Of a stretch of DNA of 64,000 bases, positions 56,402 through 64,000 are shown in pieces (the stretch's first letter is position 1; the number at the start of each line of letters is the position of its first letter). Position numbers and translations under genes: made by a program. The notes under the pieces are model-generated. The model made no database searches. It was not told the origin of the DNA and worked only from the letters and a program-made list of their open reading frames with translations. Location of the stretch: NCBI GenBank assembly GCA_002409965.1, contig DHON01000092.1, forward strand, positions 31,322-95,321, read 5' to 3'. Origin of the DNA: Firmicutes bacterium UBA5389 (GTDB lineage Bacteria > Bacillota > DTU025).

Positions 56402-57208
56402 TTACTCGATTACACCGACAGCCTCCCGGGAGTCGACAGAGCCCGGAGTCGCCCCGGACTCGTCCTGAACCCCTTCGTCCTGCCCGCGCTCTGCCTCCGC
56501 CTCGGGCGCCTCTGGCGCCTGGTCGAGGCCCTCGCGCCCCTCGATGACCGCATCAGCCATTTTCGACGTGAGCAGCCTGACTGCGCGAATAGCGTCATCG
56601 TTGCCCGGTATCACGTAGTCGATCTCGTCAGGATCGCAGTTGGTGTCGACGATGGCAATGATGGGTATGTGCAGCCTGCGCGCCTCGGCAACGGCGATTC
56701 TCTCCTTGCGAGGATCGATGACAAACATCGCGCTGGGGATATCCCTCATGTCGCGTATTCCAGACAGCCGCTTCTGCAGCTTCTCTCGCTCGGCGACTAG
56801 TTTCTGCACTTCCTTCTTGGGAAGCGCATCGAAGGAACCGTCCTCTTCCATGCGTTCGAGCATCTTCATCCGGTCGACTCGTCGACGTATGGTGGAAAAG
56901 TTTGTCAGCATACCGCCGAGCCAACGCTCATTGACCCAGAACATCCCGCAGCGCTGGGCCTCTTCGGAAACGGTGTCATGCGCCTGTTTCTTGGTGCCCA
57001 CAAACAGCAGAGACCCGCCATCCTGCGCTATCGAACGAACGAAGTTGTACGCCTCGTCCACTTTCCTGACAGTCCTCTGGAGGTCGATGATGTAGATGCC
57101 GTTTCTCGACGTGAAGATATACATCTTCATCTTCGGGTTCCAGCGCCTCGTCTGGTGCCCGAAGTGCACACCCGCCTCGAGCAGTTGTTTCATTGTTACC
57201 ACTGCCAC
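56402..57208 (-). CDS. rpsB: 30S ribosomal protein S2
   Basis: [29 protein letters not shown] start 57208, 8 nt after GGGAGGGAGG. Confidence 0.95.
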   Translation of the reverse strand: MAVVTMKQLLEAGVHFGHQTRRWNPKMKMYIFTSRNGIYIIDLQRTVRKVDEAYNFVRSIAQDGGSLLFVGTKKQAHDTVSEEAQRCGMFWVNERWLGGMLTNFSTIRRRVDRMKMLERMEEDGSFDALPKKEVQKLVAEREKLQKRLSGIRDMRDIPSAMFVIDPRKERIAVAEARRLHIPIIAIVDTNCDPDEIDYVIPGNDDAIRAVRLLTSKMADAVIEGREGLDQAPEAPEAEAERGQDEGVQDESGATPGSVDSREAVGVIE

Positions 57209-57328
57209 GAATATCACCTCCCTCCCGTAGCGGTTTTCCCTCCGGATTCTTCATCTCCGAACCCCACCGGCACTTTCCTGCCGGCACCGCGGCCCGGATC
57301 GGAAGCCGTGTGTAGTTGCACAACGGTT

Positions 57329-57357
57329 AGTATAGCATAGCCGCCAGCGCCTCGCAA
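57329..57357 (-). promoter_or_regulatory. sigmaA-type promoter for rpsB-tsf
   Basis: Minus strand: TTGCGA, 17 bp, TG-extended -10 (cTATGcTATACT). Followed by a leader of about 110 nt containing the hairpin CCGGCA-ggaaag-TGCCGG. Confidence 0.45.
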
Positions 57358-57364
57358 TCCCATC

Positions 57365-58150
57365 TCACCTTGCGTGAAGCTTGTCGAGTTCGTCGAAGAG
57401 CTTGTCGTTGAGGACCCGAATGTAGGTGCCCTTCATCCCGAGCGACCTGGATTCGATCACTCCCGCGCTTTCGAACTTGCGGAGCGCGTTCACTATCACC
57501 GACCTGGTGATACCGACTCTGTCGGCGATCTTGGAAGCGACAAGCAAACCCTCGTCTCCGGCGAGTTCATCGAAGATGTGCTCCACTGCTTCCTGTTCCG
57601 AGTATGAGAGTGTGTCCAGGGCCATCTGGACGGAGGCGCGCTTGCGCGCCTCTTCCTCCATCTTCTCGCTCCTCGACCTCAGGATCTCCATCCCGACTAC
57701 CGCCGCTCCGTACTCGGCGATCACGAGGTCGTCCTCGTCCAGACGGCCATCGCTTCTGAGCAGAACCAGTGTGGCGATGCGCTCACCGGCGCCGTGTACC
57801 GGAATTACAGTGACAAGGCAGGACCTAGACCCTCCCAGGAGTTCGTCCTGGAAGATGTCGAGACCCCCGGAGGGCGCCAGGTTCGCCGATGTTTCCGGCA
57901 CCCGAAGCAATTCCGCATTGGCATCCCGGGGCAAGAACCCTGTCTCCAGAGTTTCCGGTTGATCATCGACCGATTCGACCACAATGGTCAGAGAATGCCC
58001 GAGCAATCTGCCGTTTCGGGCGATCACGAAAGTCTGGCACGATGTAGCATCGGCTAACGCTTCGGCCAGTTCCCCGAAGTTTACAGAGTAGCCCGCGGCG
58101 TTTTGGATGAGGCGGGTGATCCTGCGCGTGCGCTCTAGCAGTGAACTCAC
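57365..58150 (-). CDS. codY: GTP/BCAA-sensing global regulator CodY
   Basis: N-terminal GAF domain and C-terminal wHTH (ASKIADRVGITRSVIVNALRKFESAGVIESR). GTG start behind AGGAGG. Confidence 0.9.
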   Translation of the reverse strand: MSSLLERTRRITRLIQNAAGYSVNFGELAEALADATSCQTFVIARNGRLLGHSLTIVVESVDDQPETLETGFLPRDANAELLRVPETSANLAPSGGLDIFQDELLGGSRSCLVTVIPVHGAGERIATLVLLRSDGRLDEDDLVIAEYGAAVVGMEILRSRSEKMEEEARKRASVQMALDTLSYSEQEAVEHIFDELAGDEGLLVASKIADRVGITRSVIVNALRKFESAGVIESRSLGMKGTYIRVLNDKLFDELDKLHAR

Positions 58151-58220
58151 ATTTGAACCTCCTCTCGCATGCCACGCTGAGAATAGCCTGCCCTGTGAAT
58201 TGACTCAGCAGTGCTGCTGT

Positions 58221-58249
58221 TTTATATTGTCCAAAGATTCCACTCCCAA
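58221..58249 (-). promoter_or_regulatory. possible sigmaA promoter upstream of codY
   Basis: Minus strand: TTGGGA, 17 bp, TATAAA. Followed by the palindrome CAGCAGCACTGCTG. Confidence 0.3.
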
Positions 58250-58268
58250 AACAGGCCAGAGCGCATGG

Positions 58269-59666
58269 CTACAGGATGTAGTCCGAGAAGTCGCTGCGCG
58301 AGATGACGTCTGCAAGATGCGCCCTGACATAGGCCTCATCTACGACGATGCAGCCTGATTCCTCGGGAGCGTTGAACGCCACGTCTTCCAGGACCTTTTC
58401 GAGTATGGTGTGGAGACGACGCGCGCCTATGTTCTCGGCGCTGGAGTTGACATCGTCAGCGATGCGCGCGATCTCTCCGATGCCGTCGGAGGTGAACGAC
58501 AGGTCGACGCCTTCGGTGGAAAGCAGAGCGGCGTACTGTTTGGTGAGCGCGCTTCTCGGTTCAGTCAGAATGCGCACGAAGTCCGCGCAAGTCAGGCTGG
58601 AGAGTTCGACGCGAATGGGAAACCTCCCCTGCAGTTCGGGGATGAGGTCGGAAGGCTTCGACATGTGGAAAGCCCCAGCCGCTATGAACAGAATATGCCC
58701 TGTCTTGACCGGGCCATGCTTGGTCTGAACAGTGCATCCTTCCACAATCGGAAGGATGTCGCGCTGAACGCCCTCGCGGGATACATCCGGACCTGCGCCA
58801 TGGCTCTTGCCTGCGATCTTGTCGATTTCGTCGAGAAATACGATGCCCGACTGCTCCGCTCGGGCAATACCCTCCGCCGCAACCTCTTCCGAGTCGATGA
58901 GTTTGGCCGCCTCTTCAGCAGTGAGGATCCTCCGCGCTTCGCGCACGGGCACCCTGCGCCGGCGCCTTTTCTGGGGCAGCATCCCTCCCAGAAGGTCCTG
59001 AAGGTTCACGCCCAGCTCCTCGATGCCGCTGCCTGAGAAGACCTCTATCATGCCCTGCGACGAGTCGGCCACTTCCACCTCGACCAGCTGGTCTTCGAGT
59101 TCGCCTCGCCTGAGTCGCTCCCGGACTTCGCCCCTCTTCGACCTCGCCGCAGACAACCTCGACTCAAAGGCGGCATCATCTTGCGGCTCACGCGGCGGCT
59201 GCGTTCCGAATATGGCCGCGAACGGGTTCGCGGCGGGCTTCTCCCTGACCGGAAGAGGGCAGAGTGCATCTAGGAGACGCTCTTCTCCGTGAAATCGAGC
59301 GCGCTTCTCAACAGCAGCGGTCTTCTCAGACCGGACCATGCGTATAGATAGTTCCACCAAATCGCGTATGATGCTGTCGACATCGCGACCAACATACCCG
59401 ACTTCCGTGAACTTGGTCGCTTCGACCTTGACAAAAGGGGCGCCCACCAACCGTGCCAGCCTGCGTGCGATTTCGGTCTTCCCCACTCCCGTGGGCCCTA
59501 TCATCAGTATGTTCTTGGGTATGATGTCTTCCTGCATCTCCCCGGAGAGCGCCAGCCTTCGATGGCGGTTGCGCAGGGCTATGGCCACCGCTCTCTTAGC
59601 CTGCGCCTGTCCCACGATGTACTTGTCGAGTTCCTCGACGATCCTGCGCGGAGTCAGGTTCTCCAT
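58269..59666 (-). CDS. hslU: ATP-dependent protease ATPase subunit HslU
   Basis: [16 protein letters not shown], Walker [19 protein letters not shown] 59666 behind GGAGGCG. The 79 upstream codons in the track are judged non-coding. Confidence 0.9.
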   Translation of the reverse strand: MENLTPRRIVEELDKYIVGQAQAKRAVAIALRNRHRRLALSGEMQEDIIPKNILMIGPTGVGKTEIARRLARLVGAPFVKVEATKFTEVGYVGRDVDSIIRDLVELSIRMVRSEKTAAVEKRARFHGEERLLDALCPLPVREKPAANPFAAIFGTQPPREPQDDAAFESRLSAARSKRGEVRERLRRGELEDQLVEVEVADSSQGMIEVFSGSGIEELGVNLQDLLGGMLPQKRRRRRVPVREARRILTAEEAAKLIDSEEVAAEGIARAEQSGIVFLDEIDKIAGKSHGAGPDVSREGVQRDILPIVEGCTVQTKHGPVKTGHILFIAAGAFHMSKPSDLIPELQGRFPIRVELSSLTCADFVRILTEPRSALTKQYAALLSTEGVDLSFTSDGIGEIARIADDVNSSAENIGARRLHTILEKVLEDVAFNAPEESGCIVVDEAYVRAHLADVISRSDFSDYIL

Positions 59667-59682
59667 GCAAACGCCTCCCGGG

Positions 59683-60234
59683 CTAGATCTCTTCAATGCT
59701 CGTGTGATCGTTGGTGTAGATACAGATGTCGGCCGCGATCCCCAGCGACTCACGGACGATTTCGGCAGCGGATAGCTGCGTGTGTCGCGCCAGGGCTCTG
59801 GCGGCCGCCAGAGCGTACGCGCCTCCCGAGCCCACTGCCGCGATGTTGTCGTCCGGCTCAAGAACCTCGCCGCTGCCCGACAGAACCAGCATGCGCTGGC
59901 CATCGGTGACTATGAGCATTGCCTCGAGCTTCTGGAGTACGCGGTCAGTGCGCCACTCGCGCCCCAGGGCCGTTGCCGCCCGAACCAGGTTGCCCTTGTG
60001 CTCCGATAGCTTGCCCTCGAAGCGTTCGAGGAGCGCCAGCGAATCGGAGGCCGAACCGGCGAAACCGACCAATACGTTCCAGTCGGGCAGTCTCCTTATC
60101 TTGCGGGCGCCGTGCTTCATCACTGTGCTGCCCAAGGTAACCTGTCCATCGGAGCCCAGAGCGCACTTGCCGTCGCGCAGCACTCCAACAACGGTTGTGG
60201 ACCTGAACCTGCCCTCATCCCTATTGACCATCAC
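59683..60234 (-). CDS. hslV: ATP-dependent protease proteolytic subunit HslV (CodW-like, short propeptide before TT)
   Basis: ...[10 protein letters not shown]..., with GSGG and Ntn fold. Confidence 0.9.
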   Translation of the reverse strand: MMVNRDEGRFRSTTVVGVLRDGKCALGSDGQVTLGSTVMKHGARKIRRLPDWNVLVGFAGSASDSLALLERFEGKLSEHKGNLVRAATALGREWRTDRVLQKLEAMLIVTDGQRMLVLSGSGEVLEPDDNIAAVGSGGAYALAAARALARHTQLSAAEIVRESLGIAADICIYTNDHTSIEEI

Positions 60235-60275
60235 TCATCCCTCCCCGGGCCTTTCCGTCTGCATGAATCGACCGC

Positions 60276-61166
60276 CTATGCCCTTGGGTGGGTCTTCCGG
60301 TAGACCCTGTAGAGTCTTTCCCGCGAGACGCTCGTATAAATCTGAGTTGTGGAAATGTCGGAGTGCCCCAAGAGCTCCTGGACCGCGCGCAAGTCGGCGC
60401 CGGAATCCGTCATGTGGGTTGCGAACGAATGCCGCATGGAATGCGGAGTGGACCGACTAGGAAGGCCGGCCTTCATGAGGTATTTCTTCATGGCGCGCTC
60501 CACAGAGCGCCCCGAGATGCGTTGGCCTAGCCTGCTCACGAAGAGCGCACTGGATTCGCGTCCCGCGAGCAGCGCAGGTCGGGCGGTCTCCAAGTAGTGC
60601 CCTATGGCGGCGATCGCCTGGGACCCCACCGGCGCGATCCTCTCCCGGGCTCCCTTGCCGAACACTCTGACGCTGCGCGTGCTGGGAGAGTAGTCATGCA
60701 CGTCTATGCCCACCAGCTCCGACAGGCGAATGCCCGATGAATACAGCAGCTCCAAAATCGCGCGGTCGCGAATGGCCAGGGGCGAATCGCCTCCCGCAGC
60801 CCCAAGCAGACTCGTCACTTCATCGCGGCCAAGCGCCCGCGGAAGGCGCCGGGGTCGCCTGGCGCGACTCATGGTGAGAGCCGGATTGCTTTCGATGGCG
60901 CCCTCGCGCGCCAGATACCGCAGGTACGACCGTATCGAACTGAGCTTCCTTGACACGCTGCTCGCGCTCATGCCCCGCGATTGCAGCATGGACAGGAATT
61001 TCCGTATGGCGCCCACTCCGATATGGCCAGGGCTGTCTTCACTGATGCCTAGGCGTTCACAGAAGGATATGAACTGCGCGACATCGCCAGTGTATGCTTC
61101 GACAGTCCTTGGAGAGAGATTGCGCTCTGACCCAAGGTGCCGAGCGAAGCTATCGATCCAACTCAT
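60276..61166 (-). CDS. xerC: site-specific tyrosine recombinase XerC
   Basis: RHRY active site (HSMRHSFATHM, TQIYTSV). Start ATG 61166 (MSWIDSF...). Syntenic with codV in Bacillus. Confidence 0.85.
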   Translation of the reverse strand: MSWIDSFARHLGSERNLSPRTVEAYTGDVAQFISFCERLGISEDSPGHIGVGAIRKFLSMLQSRGMSASSVSRKLSSIRSYLRYLAREGAIESNPALTMSRARRPRRLPRALGRDEVTSLLGAAGGDSPLAIRDRAILELLYSSGIRLSELVGIDVHDYSPSTRSVRVFGKGARERIAPVGSQAIAAIGHYLETARPALLAGRESSALFVSRLGQRISGRSVERAMKKYLMKAGLPSRSTPHSMRHSFATHMTDSGADLRAVQELLGHSDISTTQIYTSVSRERLYRVYRKTHPRA

Positions 61167-62475
61167 GGCCGCGTCTCCCCTCCATGAATCGCGACATGGC
61201 CGCCCGTGCCTCACTTATCTGCCGCGCTCTCTTTTCGTTGCGTCGCGCGGACACAGCGGGGGCCGGCAATAGGCCGAAATTGACATTCATCGGCTGATAG
61301 TCGCCGGCGGCAGGCGTGGATACATGCCAACACAGCGCGCCCATGGCCGTGGCGCGCGGAAAGACCGCCAGCTCAGCTCCGTGCGCCATAAGCGCTGCGT
61401 TGACCCCGGCAACTAGGCCTGTGGCGGTGGACTCGAGATAGCCTTCTACCCCCGTGATTTGCCCCGCCATAAATACGCGGGGCGTCCGCTTGAGCGACAG
61501 CGTGGGACAGAGGTGCGCCGGGCCGTTGATGTAGGTGTTCCTGTGCATCATCCCGTAGCGAAGGAATTCAGCTTGCGCGAGCCCGGGTATCATGCGAAAC
61601 ACGCGTCTCTGTTCAGACCGCGTCAGCCTGGTTTGAAAACCTACGATGTTGAGAAGAGAGCCTGAAGTATTCTCCTTCCTGAGCTGCACTGCGGCATAAG
61701 GGCGTTTGCCGGTGCGCGGATCTACGAGCCCCACAGGCTTCATCGGACCAAAGCGCAGGGTGTCGCGTCCGCGGCGCGCCAACTCCTCCACGGGCATGCA
61801 CCCCTCAAACAGCCGGAGGGACTCGAACTCGTGCAGCTCCGATACATCCGCCGATACGAGGGCCTGCCAGAACCCATCGTACTGGGCCTGGTTCATGGGG
61901 CAGTTGAGGTAGTCGGCATCGCCCTTGTCGTATCGAGACGCCCAGAAGGCTGATGCTAGGTCGATGGAATCGCTGTCGATTATGGGCGCCGCCGCGTCGA
62001 AGAAGTGCAGGTGTTCTTCACCGAGAAAGCGAGCGATCTCCCCGGCGAGCGCCGGCGAAGTGAGCGGCCCTGTAGCCACGATCACGATTCCCTCGTCCGG
62101 TATGCCGAGTGCCTGCTCCCTGACTATCTCGATCTCAGACATGGATTCCACTTGTCGCGTAACGCCCGCGCTGAACAGCGTTCGATCCACTGCAAGAGCC
62201 TGCCCTGCCGGCACTCGGGCCCCATCGGCGCACTGCATGACCACCGATCCCAGTGAGCGTAGCTCCTCCTTGAGCAGGCCCGGGGCGGTGCCCTCCCTGT
62301 CGGAGCCCAGAGAATTGCTGCAGACGAGTTCGGCAAAATCGGGAGTAGAATGCGCCGGGGTGCTCACGGCTGGGCGCATTTCGACCAGCTTGACCCGGAC
62401 GCCCAAGTGCGCGGCCTGCCAGGCTGCCTCGCTGCCGGCCATGCCCGCCCCGATTACCGTGACCTCATTTGGCAA
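61150..62475 (-). CDS. trmFO: methylenetetrahydrofolate--tRNA-(uracil54-C5)-methyltransferase TrmFO
   Basis: FAD-binding VTVIGAGMAGSEAAWQ. TTG start 62475, 9 nt after GGAGG. The 531-aa track ORF is an upstream extension into topA. Confidence 0.9.
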   Translation of the reverse strand: MPNEVTVIGAGMAGSEAAWQAAHLGVRVKLVEMRPAVSTPAHSTPDFAELVCSNSLGSDREGTAPGLLKEELRSLGSVVMQCADGARVPAGQALAVDRTLFSAGVTRQVESMSEIEIVREQALGIPDEGIVIVATGPLTSPALAGEIARFLGEEHLHFFDAAAPIIDSDSIDLASAFWASRYDKGDADYLNCPMNQAQYDGFWQALVSADVSELHEFESLRLFEGCMPVEELARRGRDTLRFGPMKPVGLVDPRTGKRPYAAVQLRKENTSGSLLNIVGFQTRLTRSEQRRVFRMIPGLAQAEFLRYGMMHRNTYINGPAHLCPTLSLKRTPRVFMAGQITGVEGYLESTATGLVAGVNAALMAHGAELAVFPRATAMGALCWHVSTPAAGDYQPMNVNFGLLPAPAVSARRNEKRARQISEARAAMSRFMEGRRGHELDR

Positions 62476-64000
62476 CCTTGCTCGCCTCCGACCGGCGCGC
62501 GCCGCGGTCTTCGTGTTCTGCGGTCCATTCGTGACCGCATTTGGGGTTGGCGCACTTGTACTTGACGCCTGCGCGCAATTGCCTCGACGTGGTGAACGAT
62601 GCGCACTTGGGGCAGGCAACGCCCGATGGAGGGTTCCACGAGACGAATTCGCACTCCGGGTAACGGGCGCAACCGTAGAACACGCGTCCCTTCTTGCTCC
62701 GCCGCTGGACCATGTCGCCGCCGCACTCCGGACACGTTGCATCAACCTTGCGAACGATGCTTCTGCGGTAGGTGCATTCGGGGTAGCGCGGGCATGCGAT
62801 GAACTTCCCGAACCGACCGGTCTTTATGACCAGTTTGGCCATTTTGCACTGCGGGCAATCTTCATCAGTGGGCTCATCCGCGATGACCACACGCTCCGCC
62901 AGTGCGTCCGCCTCCCGGAGTTTCTCCGAAAACGGCTTGTAGAACTTGTCGGTTATCTGTACCCAGTCGGACCGTTGCTCCTCAATGCCATCCAGTTCTT
63001 CCTCCATCGTGGCCGTGAACTTCAGATTCACCACGTTCGGGAAGTGCTCGCTCAACAGATCGCATACTGCAAACCCGACATCGGTGGGCTTGAAGCGCCT
63101 CTGCTCCAACGCAGCGTAGTCGCGCTTCCGAATGGTTTCGATGATCGGCGCGTAGGTGCTGGGCCTCCCTATCCCGTGCTTCTCCAGCTCGCGAACGAGC
63201 GTGGCTTCTGTGAACCTCGGGGGAGGCTGGGTGTGGTGTTCCTCCGGACACAGCTCAACTAGGGTCAATTCCTTGCCGGCTTCGAGCGGTGGAAGAGCCT
63301 GCTCCCGTTCGTTTTTCTCATCGTCGCGTCCCTCCGTGTATAGGACCGTAAACCCTTCGAACTTCATCACCTGCCCGGCGGCGCGGAAAACATGCTTCGC
63401 CTGGGCGGAGTCGGCGTTGATGTCGACAGTAGTGGCGTCGAAAAGCGCATCCGCCATCTGGCTGGCCATGAAACGCGACCAGATAAGCTTGTAGAGCCTA
63501 AGCTGGTCGCGGCCGATGCTGCCGGAGAGGCTCTCCGGGCTACGGTCGATCTGTGTGGGCCTGACGGCTTCATGCGCGTCTTGAGCGCCCTTCTTGGACC
63601 GGTAGACCCGAGCTCTCGCGGGAATGTGGTTCTCCCCGTATCGACCCTTGACGAACTCGCGCGCCGCTGCCTGTGCCTCCTGCGATATCCTGGTCGAGTC
63701 GGTGCGCATGTAGGTGATCAAGGCCACGTGCCCTTCGCCCGCCAACTCGACACCCTCGTACAGCTGTTGCGCCACTGCCATAGTCCGCTTGGCGGAAAAG
63801 CCGAGCTTCCTGAAGGCCTCCTGCTGCATCGTACTGGTGGTGAAGGGAGGTGAAGGTCTCCGCGCCTGTTCCTTGAGTGTCACAGACTTGACTACATACT
63901 CCGCGCCTTCGAGTTCGCTCACGATTCTGTCCACATCTTGGCGTGACATGCGACGCTCGCCCGGCGTGAGCAGGCGAGCATCGAACTTCTTGCCTCGCGC
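62465..64000 (-). CDS. topA: DNA topoisomerase I, C-terminal about 510 codons; N-terminus beyond the right edge of the window
   Basis: Toprim/cap-domain remainder plus three C-terminal Cys4 zinc ribbons (CPQCK...CPRYPEC, CPECGG...CARYPEC, CPKCAS...CANPKCG). Frame is open upstream of 63949 to position 64000. Confidence 0.85.
   Translation of the reverse strand, partial: ARGKKFDARLLTPGERRMSRQDVDRIVSELEGAEYVVKSVTLKEQARRPSPPFTTSTMQQEAFRKLGFSAKRTMAVAQQLYEGVELAGEGHVALITYMRTDSTRISQEAQAAAREFVKGRYGENHIPARARVYRSKKGAQDAHEAVRPTQIDRSPESLSGSIGRDQLRLYKLIWSRFMASQMADALFDATTVDINADSAQAKHVFRAAGQVMKFEGFTVLYTEGRDDEKNEREQALPPLEAGKELTLVELCPEEHHTQPPPRFTEATLVRELEKHGIGRPSTYAPIIETIRKRDYAALEQRRFKPTDVGFAVCDLLSEHFPNVVNLKFTATMEEELDGIEEQRSDWVQITDKFYKPFSEKLREADALAERVVIADEPTDEDCPQCKMAKLVIKTGRFGKFIACPRYPECTYRRSIVRKVDATCPECGGDMVQRRSKKGRVFYGCARYPECEFVSWNPPSGVACPKCASFTTSRQLRAGVKYKCANPKCGHEWTAEHEDRGARRSEASKVAK

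Noticed and set aside
1-64000. CRISPR arrays, IS elements or transposases, integrases associated with the low-GC island, toxin-antitoxin pairs.
   Set aside because: No direct-repeat array was found. The only tyrosine recombinases are the chromosomal xerC and xerD in their conserved Bacillus positions. No transposase-like ORF is present, and no short adjacent small-ORF pairs.

Overview
High-GC (about 63-66%) chromosomal segment from an endospore-forming Firmicute (Clostridia/Bacilli-like). Bacillus-type synteny is conserved throughout. I call 66 protein-coding genes, all on the minus strand, and none on the plus strand. The long plus-strand ORFs in the track are antisense artefacts of high GC. 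The track also translates GTG/TTG starts as M. It omits the two edge-truncated genes (rluB at the left edge, topA at the right edge).

Gene order on the minus strand, read 5'->3' from the right end of the window:
- topA(partial)-trmFO-xerC-hslV-hslU-codY
- rpsB-tsf-pyrH-frr-uppS-cdsA-ytvI-like-dxr-rseP-ispG-GT2-polC
- rimP-nusA-ylxR-infB-rbfA-nrnA-truB-ribF-rpsO-pnp
- an ~8.5 kb lower-GC (about 52%) operon: HAAT-type ABC transporter (livG-livF-livH-livM-SBP), C45 acyltransferase/peptidase, panE, panB
- buk2-ptb-buk-vorD-vorA-vorB-vorC (2-oxoacid:ferredoxin oxidoreductase)
- DUF3866-like, endoQ-like, spoIIM, xerD, deoB, pdp
- dacF-spoIIAA-spoIIAB-sigF
- spoVAC-spoVAD-spoVAE, with two DUF2229 genes translationally coupled to the end of that operon
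- site-2 protease, trpS, scpA, scpB, ytfI-like (DUF2953), ytfJ, trkA, rluB(partial)

No rRNA, tRNA, CRISPR array or transposase was found.

Most notable observations:
(i) The PolC replicase appears to lack the DnaQ-like proofreading exonuclease insert.
(ii) A compositionally distinct island carries the transporter, the C45 Ntn-acyltransferase and pantoate-synthesis genes, with three long GC-rich intercistronic hairpins.
(iii) The DUF2229 pair is fused into the forespore spoVA operon behind a consensus sigmaG-type promoter.
(iv) An EndoQ-like PHP nuclease is paired with a conserved hypothetical gene.
(v) A promoter, hairpin and U-tract leader lies upstream of rimP-nusA-infB.

All functional names are inferred from my own reading of the translated sequences. 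No database search was run.
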